A stretch of 63,432 bases of DNA, the filler included, from Reticulomyxa filosa (Eukaryota > Protista > Foraminifera), in assembly GCA_000512085.1 (NCBI GenBank). It is 24 parts of 24 records of this genome, joined end to end, with 100 filler letters (N's around TTAATTAATTAA, not from the genome) between each part and the next. Parts side by side here need not be neighbours in the genome. Positions count along the whole stretch, not along the records: positions 28,245 to 29,244 come from ASPP01043897.1; positions 29,345 to 33,259 come from ASPP01011480.1; positions 33,360 to 35,116 come from ASPP01002814.1; positions 35,217 to 37,790 come from ASPP01002122.1; positions 37,891 to 38,957 come from ASPP01028225.1; positions 39,058 to 43,701 come from ASPP01007911.1; 18 more parts are not named here. The stretch is one strand, 5' to 3'. Each line of letters opens with the position of its first letter. Positions within the stretch are counted from its first letter, which is position 1. Under the pieces are notes generated by a model, which saw only the letters and a program-made list of their open reading frames with translations, ran no database searches and had not been told where the DNA came from. A program made the translations under genes and the position numbers. Shown here in pieces: positions 28,301 through 39,939 of the stretch.

Positions 28301-28716
28301 AAGTTTGATGCATGAAAAATTATTTCAGGTATACTGGCAAGGCATTAATCATATTTTGTACTACATCATGGCAGTATCAAAATAATCTTGTTTATGCCTT
28401 ACATGGTCAATGTCGACTGCTGGGGTCACGGGTGGGCGGCCTGGGAAGACAACCAGTTTTAGTCAGATAAGATTTTTTTTGTGCTTAAATAAAATGCATA
28501 AAGATTGACTGAAATTTGCATTTTTTTTTAAAAATACAAAAATTGAATTGATAATAATGAAAAATACATGCGAGAAAAATAGCAAATAACTTCTTATTAC
28601 AAAAATTCAAAATAATACAAATTTTGTGCGTATTGTCATTGAGTTAAAAAGAGAAGATAATTTCACCCAAATAAATCAACATGACATTTAACACAACATT
28701 TTAAATAATGATTATT

Positions 28717-29244
28717 TCAATACCAGATAATATTGACGTTAGTTGTTGTTTCGTCGTCTATTATATCTGGCAAAACGGAGCTACCAATGGGCTTGCAATC
28801 TGAAATTTTTGTTTCTTTCCAAACATCAGAATTTTTTGCTTGTTCTTCATCCAAGCTTTGTTGTTGAGTGATTAATTCTTGCAGCTTTTCTTCCTCTTCA
28901 TTTCTGGCAGATATCAACTCTATGTTTATATTCAATAAAAAAGGAGTTTTAAGGAGCGGCACGCAGCACCTTTGCAAATGTAAAAAAAGGGTATTATTTC
29001 TTTGAGGTTGTCAAAACTGGGGAGTTCTGTATTAGATTTTTCGTCACGAATCATCGGATTCAAATATTGTCTCACTTTTTGAAGATAAAGGACTTTTTTC
29101 ATACTTGGATCATTTGTATAATTTTCCAATTTCCGACATTTGTCAAAAACGGCTTGCAAAAATTGTGTGACCCATGGATTATCCCAATCACACAACGCAT
29201 TAACAAGTTCGATATACATGTACTTGAGTTCAATCTCTGAAAAT
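28717..29244 (-). CDS. C-terminal fragment of a hypothetical protein (5' truncated, frameshift in T7 run)
   Basis: Two overlapping ORFs (IELVNALCDWDNPW..EIIPF / HLQRCCVPLLKTPFLLNINIELISARNEEEEK..) join by one base at ~28985; ends in TGA. Confidence 0.55.
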
Positions 29245-29373
29245 NNNNNNNNNNNNNNNNNNNNNNNNNNNNNNNNNNNNNNNNNNNNTTAATTAATTAA
29301 NNNNNNNNNNNNNNNNNNNNNNNNNNNNNNNNNNNNNNNNNNNNAAAAAAAAAAAAAAAAATGAAGACGCAAC

Positions 29374-30599
29374 TTCTTTGATTGCTTTGAGAGTCCAGTC
29401 GTACTGGCCATCATCAACAAATTGTTGTTTCTGAAATAGTTTGCGAAACAGGTTACGTAAGTAGTGATAATCGGGCTTTTCATCAAATTCCAACTTTCTG
29501 CAGTACGACAAGTACTGAGCAAATTCTTGTGGTAAGCCTTCACACAACACCTCAATCGACGTCTTTTGCTTTACTGAAGCAATGCGAGAATATTTTGCTT
29601 GCTTCGTTTTCGCCTGTTATTGTCATTATCATTCATCATTAATTATAAACTGAGAGAATACGTAGTGTGTATAGTACTTAAAGTTTTTTTTTTTAAAAAA
29701 TTACATGTTAGATAAAGAAATACTTTTTTTTGTGTGGAGGTTTGGTTGATATACGTAGTGTACGTACTTTTAAACCTTGCCATGGCAATTTCCCTTGTTT
29801 GATGAAGTACAACAAGACATAGCCCAACGTCTCCAAATCGTCTCTTCGTGATTGTTCATAGCCCAAATGGGTGTTCGCACTAGCATACCGTGCTGTTCCA
29901 GTTAGCGACTTTCCTCGGACAAAAGGAATGTGCTCTTGCGTTTCGGGAACAATGTAATGTTTTGCCAAACCAAAGTCAATCACATGAACCTTTTTTTTTT
30001 TTTTTTTGTTATTGCAGAGAGGGAAAAAAAAAGGTATGTCAACAATTATCTTTTATAGACAATTAACAATGTTGAAGCTTTCGTTTAGCCCAATTAAAAA
30101 ATTGTCGGGTTTGATGTCTCGATGGATGTAATTGTGTGAATGCACTTTTTCAATTCGGTCTAACTATTATCATTATTATTTTTAATCTTTAAAAGTTCGA
30201 TTTTTTTTTTTTTTTTTTGTAAAAATTATACATCGATGAATGTTGTGTACGTACCATTTGCTCCGCTAAAAGACACACAGTCTTCAATGAAAATTGTCTT
30301 CCACAATAGTTAAACAGCTCTTCCAGACTCGGTCCTAACATTTGCATTACCAAAATATTGAACTCTTCTTCTGTTCCGAACCATTTCACAAGTGGTACCC
30401 CTACAGTTCCTTTCATATTTTTGTAGATTTTATATTCGTAGTGTAGCTGCGGACACTGCGTTTTTGTATTTTCCAATTTCACTGCGACAACTTCTCCTGT
30501 CAACGCGTGCTTGGCTTCATAAATCACCCCAAAACTTCCACTTCCTACTTTTCTACCCAGCAAGTATTGGTTGCGTGCAACTCGAATTTCAAAATCCAT
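29374..30599 (-). CDS. CK1: Casein kinase 1, four exons visible, 3' truncated
   Basis: [81 protein letters not shown]. Exons 30599-30255, 30163-30068, 29989-29768, 29613-29374. Confidence 0.97.
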
Positions 30600-31032
30600 T
30601 ATAAAGGTGCCAAGATATTATCAGAGCTAATATGATGTCGTCTCAGGTTTTTTTTGTGGAATTTAACTGTCTTTTTTAAAGTTTGGTAATACATTTCATG
30701 AAACTAAATCAAATTCTTAAGACGATCACATAATAAAGTACAGTTGAAATAATATTGTATGGTTTTTTGAAGAGAAAGTTACAAATTTTAGAAATGTTTT
30801 AAATCTTCTGTGAAATACCCGCTTTAAATAAAACGAATCAACAAATAAAGATATAAAAAATTGGTCATGGCAAAAACAACACGCCATTAAATCGTATCCT
30901 GACACAAAAGTACAACCCGAAATAAACGTAACGATTGCGGTTTGAAGAGTAAGAGAAAAGGGCCAGAGAGGAGAGGGAAAAAGGCAGCGTTAATTTCCAA
31001 CAAATGTGTACTTTTGACCGTAATATTTTTAG

Positions 31033-33221
31033 TTTTTCTCTGTTGAAATTTTTACTAAAAAATAACCTAACTCAAACCCGACGACATAAATGCAATGCCT
31101 GTTTGGGAATCTGTAGCTGCTTCGTGGTGGTGATAGTAGCAGCACTATCGTACACATTAATCGACAGTGCACCGGCGGTATTTCTGAAGCGAGCAGAAGA
31201 CCAATATGGGCAGTACGACTGTATGGGAACGCCAGAGGTATCCTCGATGTTGAACTACACATTGATAAGGGAGTTATTGGCAATTGAAGGGAATAGCGAA
31301 TATGCATACCACAGTCCGCGGATACTGTTTAACGACACGTACACATACATTTATTCGAGCGATTGTTACAACCTGCTTCAGAGCACATTACAGTGCAAAA
31401 CGCCATACAATACATTTGACAACTGCACGTTGCTGTCCGATTTCGTGACATCCCCATACTACACAACCGTTAAGGGTGCTAACGACAGTAAGCAATGTCA
31501 GCAAAACTTTAAAGAGCACGCCCAGATATGGCTCATCGATTTCAACAAAGAATCTAACATGGATTTTGGTCGATCATTTGATTCAAAGGCTGTGCCAGGT
31601 CAACATTTTGTTCTTTACAATACTTACATATATATATACATGTATACATATATATATATGTATATGTATATGCGTATGTTATATATCCTTGTTCAAACCT
31701 TCCTTTTTTTAAGGATTCATAAGTCTTATGGTTGTACCAGTCACATGTCTCTCCTTTTTTTTTTTTTATTAATAAAAAAAAAAAAAAAAGGTGTTGGTGA
31801 AGCAATCTTGTCCTCTGCGACAGTGGAAGACATGGACATGCCCGTGAACGTCGGTGACATATTGTTGATCGAAGTGCCTTTGAATCTGCTCAGCTTCTCA
31901 CTGTTGCAAAACATGGTAGTGGACATGGAACTCTCTGCCAAGTATGGTAGCGGCAACTATGACAAATTCCAGACCTATGACAAGACGAGCAGCGACTATG
32001 TCTACGACAACGCCACGCTGTCCTTTATCGATTTGATCGGCTTCAGCTGCTCTCAGATCATCATCCCTGTCAAGATCAAGAGTATTCAAAACAAGCAATT
32101 GGGTGGCAAAGTTCATTTTTTTTTTTTTAATAAAAAAAGGGGGGGAGGGTCCCTTTTTTTTTTTAATTCACATTTAAATTTATTTGGTGTACCACTCTTT
32201 TTTTTTTTTTTTTTTGTTTATCACATCATTATCATCATCATTAAGTTCCCGCAATCGTCGCAAGACTATGATATCATTTTGTCATTACCAGACTTTGTGC
32301 AATCGTTTGTATCTTGTCTACCACCAAAGGTATTGGAGCGCATGGACGAGTTAAATGTCCTCAGTGTGCCAGCAAGTGACATTGCGTATCCAATGTCATG
32401 GGATACTTACTCCTATCAGTCTTCTATGTACAGTTCTGTTTTTTGCAAACATCTTTTTTTTTATTATTATTAAAAAAAAAAAAAAAAAAATGGACCTCAT
32501 CAAATGTGCAATAAGAATCAACCACAAATAAAATAAAATAGACTCAATGTGGACGTATTGGTCCACAAGAGTATATGATTACGTGAATTATGTATATTTT
32601 AACGTGGGGACGACGCGCAAGCGATTGGAGACATATTTGAATACCGACTATCAAACCATTCAAAAAGCGCTGGTCGAATACAGCTCCACGTTGCTCTATC
32701 GCATTGGCTTTACTGAGAGTATTTTTTTTGTTACAATTGAAAGATAGGAAGGGAGGAGGGGGGGGGGGGAAAAAAAAAAATTATCATTAAAAAAAAAAAA
32801 AAAATAGTGCATCTATCGATGGACGTATTGTCGGAATTAGAAACATCACAAAACACAATGCTGTCGCTGGGTATTGTGCTGGACATAATATTGTTTGTGC
32901 TGATGATATTGTCCGTGATGCTGTTGCACGCACTGCTGGTGATATCGGTGGACACGAGAACATTCGAATTGGGTGTATATCGCATGATCGGCATGTCTCG
33001 TCGCAATCTGGTACAACTGTTAGTGTCACAAGCACTGAGCTACTCCATCCCCGCCTACGTCGTGGGTCTCATCGTCGCTCAAATCGGGGCCATCTTCGCT
33101 TTGCAGTGGATGGGGTCCAGTGGCAATTACAACTTGGATAAAAAGCTCACTGTTTATGCCATTGCCATGGCCACTGTCGTTGGCATTGGTTGTTCATTGC
33201 TCGCTGCAATTCTACCTATCT

Positions 33222-33222
<1 letters not shown>
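31033..33222 (+). CDS. FtsX/MacB-like (DUF214) permease, multi-exon, 3' truncated (start uncertain)
   Basis: N-terminal TM (RRHK..LGICSCFVVVIVAALSYTLIDSAPAVFLK), a large lumenal loop, then the FtsX domain ILFVLMILSVMLLHALLVISVDTRTFELGVYRMIGMSRRNLVQLLVSQAL..LLAAILPI. Confidence 0.85.
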
Positions 33223-33259
<37 letters not shown>

Positions 33260-33359
33260 NNNNNNNNNNNNNNNNNNNNNNNNNNNNNNNNNNNNNNNNN
33301 NNNTTAATTAATTAANNNNNNNNNNNNNNNNNNNNNNNNNNNNNNNNNNNNNNNNNNNN

Positions 33360-33465
33360 ATTTAAGCAAAATTTTGAAAAGTTTTTTTTAAATAAATTTT
33401 ATTGTAATTTTTTGTGTCAGTTCATTTTGGGGTTTTTTTTTTGCATGTTAATAAATGATTATGAT
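33360..33465 (+). repeat. Dispersed AT-rich repeat A, copy 1 (copy 2 at ~35344-35445)
   Basis: Both copies share aaattttgaaaagtttttttaaataaattt.attgtaattttttg.gtcagtt.atttt.gggg...tgttaataaa.gat.atg. Confidence 0.85.
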
Positions 33466-34969
33466 TATTTCAACGAACACATAAAAAAGAGTTGATATGA
33501 TACTGTCCTGCAACTTATTTAGAGCTATACACTCTCAACCGAATTCAAATGGAACACAAGTTTTCTGAATAAAAAACTTCTTGTTTTTGGTCCTTTTTTA
33601 ACTAGTAACATTATGACTACTACTTTGATAATATTTATAACAAATAATTCAAAATGCGACATATCATTTTGTTATTTTTTGAAAGATACTACCATATAAT
33701 AATGAAAATATTCTGTATTATTGTTTACAAAGTTTGAATACAACAAAAATTTTATAATATCATATGAATACATGTACATGTTTTTGAGAACAAGTAAATG
33801 CAGTAACCAAAACGATCTTTATGTTTTTATATTTTTGTTTCATTAGTTGAAGCACCAAAACTTTATACATCATGATACATGAACTTATTGAATGGAAAAT
33901 GTAAATCTATTAGTTTTTGCTTCAGTGAGCATAGGATATTGTGATGCAATATTGTTTTTTTCTAGATAACTTCCTACTTATTTCTGCATTTGATGCATTA
34001 AAGTATAACATGTTTGGAAGTTTATACAAACACGTCGTCAAAGAAATACTCTCAGCAATATCGTGTAATATATAGTGAAACTAAATATATTAAAATCTTT
34101 GTCACTGAAAGACGAGTCGAATAAAGAGTGTCAAATCTCTTTATGAGACGTCCTCAAAAAAATTAACGGTAAAGTAGCACACTTTGTTTGTTACGAGAAG
34201 GACAAGATCTTTTTTACAGATTTTTTCAAGACAGCACCAACAGAGTTAGAAATTGGTCTGCTGTTCATTTTCCAAAACTAGTGAAGACGACAAAAAAAAA
34301 ATGGAACTACTCCCTTTTTAAACATCTTTTCGGTTATATTATTTTAACTTTACATTTTTCTGCAAAATGTTAGTTTTTCATGTATTGATTGTTTTTTCTT
34401 TCTTCAAACAAATTAAAATAATCTCAGACGAAAGGAATTCAAAGGGTTTTAGTCCCATTTTTTTCCTCTGTAATGTCTTTAATTTATCAAAAAGTTTAAA
34501 AAAGTATAAGTTCAATTGTCACATTTAATTTAATGCTTTTGTCTTCCCTTAGTGGAAATTCTTGACTGGAGTTACTTTTTTCTTTTATCTTAATTGTAAT
34601 TGTACTACCAAAGAAGATCAAAGAGATACAGCAACAAAAATGTATGAATAAGAAAATCCAATCATTGACAATTTGTTTTTCATAGTTTTATAAAAAATTA
34701 TTTTGTAATGTTTAAACTCAATGATGTTTGAAATCAGCCAGTAAACTAGTAAATCAGTATGCAAAGTCGGTATCAAAGATATTCTTTTATATTCAAATCT
34801 CCAATGAAATCTTGAAGCATTTCAGTGTTGAAAAAAGCTTTCCTTCCTATTACCTTCAAATAAATTATATTACTATGTTATTTATGTAACAGACATTAAG
34901 ATTTGTTGAAATTCCAATATTCGGTCTGAAAAAACATTTATTTAATCATTGCATTTTGAATTTTCTTTT

Positions 34970-35075
34970 AATGATGTTTGAATCATTTAATTTATCATCT
35001 AGATTATTCAATATATTTATTGGACATAGTAATATTGTACGGAGTATTGATTATTTAGCATTTGGTAATTGGACA
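34970..35075 (+). pseudogene. Degenerate WD40-family relic
   Basis: MFESFNLSSRLFNIFIGHSNIVRSIDYLAFGN is the GH..V.SIDY start of a WD40 blade; the surrounding frame is broken. Confidence 0.55.
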
Positions 35076-35799
35076 ACGAAGAGCAATTGATTAATTTGAT
35101 AAGTATCTTATATACANNNNNNNNNNNNNNNNNNNNNNNNNNNNNNNNNNNNNNNNNNNNTTAATTAATTAANNNNNNNNNNNNNNNNNNNNNNNNNNNN
35201 NNNNNNNNNNNNNNNNTACAATTAGAAAAAAATACACTTTTTTTTTAAGAAAAAATAAAATAAAAAGTGCATTTTTTTCCAATTGTGTATACTTTTATTA
35301 AAAATAAAATACATTTTTGGAATCACCATGGTGTATATACTTCATTTAAACAAATTTTGAAAAGTTTTTTTTAAATAAATTTAATTGTAATTTTTTGCGT
35401 CAGTTTATTTTAGGGGATTTTTTTTTGTGTTAATAAAAGATCATGTCAATTAATTACTTTTAAATTATTGTATTATAATATTACATTGGAAGTTGATGGA
35501 AGTGTAAGTATATTACTTTCTTGTACTATACGTTTAATAATTTTCAATTAACTGTAAAAATACTTTGACAGAACTTATTTATTACGATATTTAAAGAATT
35601 ATTACTGATAAATGAAATTATGTAAGTAATCACTTACCAATTGCCGCAGTGTCATTGTAACCCAGTAAAAATGGACACAAAAAAACTCAAATCAAACAAA
35701 GGCAAAACTAAAAGAAAACTTTTAACATCATCAATTCAATGTGTGGTATTTTATGCTTGAGTTTTTTTTCCAACTTACTGTAGCACGCATTCCAAACAC

Positions 35800-36010
35800 A
35801 ATAAAGTTTCATTTACACTCCAGACAGCTTCAGTTTGTATTGGGTGTTCGATTGGCGAAGCAGTCCAAACAACTTGAGCTTGTGTTGGGTGTTCTGTTGG
35901 AGAAGCTGTCCATACTACCTGAGCTTGATTTGGATGCTCAATAGAGCGAAGCGTTCTAAACCACTCATACTTGTGCAAGATGTTCCAAACAACTTGCACT
36001 TGAGTCAGAT
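35800..36010 (-). repeat. 45-bp tandem repeat encoding EHP(T/N)QAQVVWTASP(T/I), about 3-4 diverged units
   Basis: ORF 35775-35999 reads EHPNQAQVVWTASPT-EHPTQAQVVWTASPI-EHPIQTEAVWS, with a partial unit upstream (HLTQVQVVW). Confidence 0.75.
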
Positions 36011-37904
36011 GTGCAGTTGGAAATGCATACAGAATGTGGTTTAGAGGAAGGTAGGAGTTGGACCAACTTCAATTTTTTTCTTTCTTTGTGCATGGCAGTG
36101 GCATATTTAATGCAATGTAATTATGTATTCTCCCTCCATTTAAAGCATCTACAATTCGCACGTATTTTTCAAATTATCTTGATAACATGACCAATTCCAA
36201 ATGCTTTTTAAACAAATGCAAATCAATTCATATCATAAAAATACATCACAAGAAAAAAATAAAAATGCATTTTTTTAAAAAAAAAACGGCAATCCAAGTA
36301 TGGACAAATAGCATGTTTGGAAAAGGGGAGCAATAAAATAAAAAAAAGAGCCTTTTTGAATACGTATTTACTTTTGCAAAAAGAAAAATTTGCGCACTCT
36401 TGCAGTCCCAATTGTCGATAGCAGAGAAAATGATGGACAGCAAAGTTCCCGTGTTTAGGTCCAATCTACTGCAGTCTGCTTTATTTTATCCCATTATCCC
36501 AAAGCGTGAATAAACAACAACGTTAACTCAAAAGAATGATTCGAGACAAAAGTAAAACGTTTGATAACTACAACAACAAAAAAGAATCACTCCTCCAGAA
36601 CGCTTCCCTTTGAGTAAAAAACTTGTTTTCTTTTGTGTCAACAAATACACCTATTTTCAGCTTTTTAAATTTTTTTTGTAAACTCTTATAAAAATTTACT
36701 TCTTTTTTCATGAATCGTAAAAAAGAAATGTTAAAGTATGAAAGTTGTTTGTTTGACCTTTTTAATTTGTTTACAAAATCTTTGAATAATATACATTTTG
36801 AACATTGACAATTCGGTGTGTTAAATTTATTTACATCAAGTATTTCCAATAAATTTCAAATACCAGTGCATATCGAAGTTACAAATGAGTCTTGTCTAAG
36901 TTGAGGGGTTGGCTAAAAAAGCTTACTGCATTGATTGAGATAAATAGATTTGGTTGTTGTAGGAAGCATTAGCTGCATGATTTTTTTATTGTTTCAAATC
37001 TGGTGATCCACTCACTTTTTTTGTTTTTTTTGTTTTACTTCACCTCAGAGCTATTTCGTGTACAAATATTCTTGCTCAACTAAATTTCAAGTTTTGGGAA
37101 CGTAGTGTGAGAGTTGTGAAATAGACAATATATATTTACGATAATCAAATCATAGCTTTATATTTTAATGATAAATCACTGCCATGAAAAATGATATTTT
37201 TTTAACAAAGTAAAATTTACAGCAAAAGCAAAGCAAACGTTTGGTAATTCAGTTGTAATTGGATTCTATTCTTCAAACAAAGTATAACATTTAAAAGTGT
37301 TGTTTTTAGATTAATGTTATATAGATTTTTTCATTTAGAATTTGGAGTGGTTTTTTTTTTGGAATTAGAGCTTTAAGAAATCTAAAAGGTAATAAAGAGA
37401 TTTAATTTGCACAATTTGAACTGCTTTTGAATTAATTTACTTAATCAACATTTGATGGATACAATTGACATCAATCTAAATGCAACTTGTACTTTAAAAA
37501 ACATATCACACCTAGGAGGTAAATACACACATACTCAAATCTTGTTATAAATAAAACAAAATGTAGTGGTATTCCTCAAAACACATCAATAAAAAAAATA
37601 CTATCTCCAAATACGAATATAATTTACTAAACATAACATAAAATAGATTTTTTGAAAACTAAAATAAAGTTTACCAATTTTGAAACTTGTCTTTCATTTT
37701 TAAGCAGATTGTCAACTCGTATCCAAAGATTCGTTCTAAAAAAAAAGGGTTGTCAGAACACTTCAAAAAAAAAGCACCTCTGACATGTCTNNNNNNNNNN
37801 NNNNNNNNNNNNNNNNNNNNNNNNNNNNNNNNNNTTAATTAATTAANNNNNNNNNNNNNNNNNNNNNNNNNNNNNNNNNNNNNNNNNNNNCTCAATCCAT
37901 TGAT

Positions 37905-38204
37905 TTGACCAGGGCTTATTTGAAATGCCGCCATTGCAATGCTTGCATTATCATTTGTGATGAGTCCTTTTTTGCTATGAACAATGTCAAGAAACAAACA
38001 CATGTGTTCCCCAAGTTGCCTCGTCTCGTTCAAGACCAACATATTTTCTTCATTGTCATCTCACATCATGTTGATGAGTTCTTCCCTTTCATAGATCATG
38101 TCCTACTTTTGGAAAAGGGTCATGTTGTTGACTCGGGTACTCATCAAATAACAAAATCTCCTTCCGCTTTGTATCAAAGGCATTATATATGTATATGGAA
38201 TTAA
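37905..38204 (+). CDS. ABC transporter nucleotide-binding domain C-terminus (fragment, possibly pseudogene)
   Basis: LTRAYLK..IIICDE (Walker B), IVISHH (H-loop), DHVLLLEKGHVVDSGTH..LY. The D-loop is degenerate. Confidence 0.75.
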   Translation: MTRAYLKCRHCNACIIICDESFFAMNNVKKQTHVFPKLPRLVQDQHIFFIVISHHVDEFFPFIDHVLLLEKGHVVDSGTHQITKSPSALYQRHYICIWN

Positions 38205-39099
38205 CCATTTTTTTAAAATGTTTCAACTAAAACGAAAAAGAATTACTGTCGTCCCATTGATTAAAAAAAATTTATGTTATCTAATTGTTCTTCATTTTGA
38301 AACTTAATAAAAATTCTTCACTGTATAACCACGTTGCAATCACTATATTTTAATTTGATAAAATAACTCAATAATCATAAATTAAACGAATAAATAAATA
38401 AAAACATAATTTTGAATTGAAAAATAATTATGAGTTGAATACTTCCTTAAAAAGGGTCTAGTTCCAGATTTTTTATTTTTTTATGTTACATCATTTGTTT
38501 CGATCCTTGTTTTCAAAATTTTCAAGGCTAAAATTTTTATTCCCGGATTGCCGAAGAAATTCCATGTATGAAAGTGGTTCAAAGAGTTCAAAGAGTTCAA
38601 AGAGACTGTCTTAACTTTTTTTTTATCATTAAAAGATATTCTCGATATCTATGACCAAATTGACATCGTCATATATATTCAAATAATGAATAAAAAAAAT
38701 TACAAGCTGTTGTTTATCCACATAATCACACGACATCTTATAACAATAGAATTGTGTTTTGTAATTTGAAATAAAGCGGAAAAACGAATGAACAAACAAT
38801 TGACATTTGATTAATATTTTTGTGGCCTAGCTTGAGCACAATCAAGGAATTCTTTGATGAGAAGATATTTCCATCAAAGAAGGATTCCAATATTTGGAAA
38901 ACAAAAGATTGCAAATGATAGTTTGTGCGTCAACGTATTCACTTAATGGCCTTTGGTNNNNNNNNNNNNNNNNNNNNNNNNNNNNNNNNNNNNNNNNNNN
39001 NTTAATTAATTAANNNNNNNNNNNNNNNNNNNNNNNNNNNNNNNNNNNNNNNNNNNNAGAAATTTTACCAAATCAAATGAAAGATTAAAATTTTTGAAA

Positions 39100-39250
39100 A
39101 AATTAGAAAGACTTAATAAAAAACCAAAATGATATTTAAAAACTACACGATTCGTAGATATTTTTAAAAAAATTTTGGTTAAATGTTGTTTTTTCATTTA
39201 GAAACACAATAATCTCTATAAGGTGGTATTTTAGGTGTCAGCTTTTTTTT
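39100..39250 (+). repeat. Dispersed repeat B, copy 1 (others at ~52715-52868 and ~55498-55605)
   Basis: Shared caaaatgatatttaaaaactacacgatt.gta.atatttttaaaaaa...atgttgttttttcat..agaaa...ttaggt..gtcag. Confidence 0.85.
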
Positions 39251-39939
39251 TATCATACTGTAAGTATTTTATTTTTGTTTAATACATAGCTGTATAAGTT
39301 CAATTCATTAAGCTAGTTAACATTTTAACAACATTTGATATTTCTTACATTATGATTTACTTAGGAATTGCTAATAATATGTTTTATATATAATCAAATT
39401 CATTTTTGATTTCTGAAATATCTTTTTTTATTTACATAAACTGTCGCTACATAATGTTTTTTTGACTTTCCACAAGATCAGTTGTTGTATCTAGCTTTAA
39501 ACACACAGTCTATTAACATACATTGTATATATTATGATCAAGCAACGTATGTTAATTTACATTAAAATATAATCAAATGATAATTTATTTAGTGATTTTA
39601 CTAGCAGTTGTAGTTATTGATCAAATACTTATATTAAAGTGATTACACTTAATATTTCGATAGAAACTGCAAATGTGCATAGAATCTTATACTAAGTGCT
39701 TTTAGACACTATACAAGCATACTGTTACTAAGTTATTATTTTTTTCAATTCATTTTTATGTAAGTATTTGACTATCAATTAATGCATATAATATGTCTTT
39801 ATTTGAAAAGTCAAAGAAATTCATTTCATCATTACATATTTTTTGAATTTAAATGATATTTCAATAAAATTGATTTTGAAAATGCTGTTCAATATGTGAA
39901 AAGTTTGATCGGTGTTTGTTATAGTAAAGAGATTAATTC

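Noticed and set aside
38578-38604. (TTCAAAGAG)x3 as a regulatory repeat
   Set aside because: Short slippage tandem with no supporting context.
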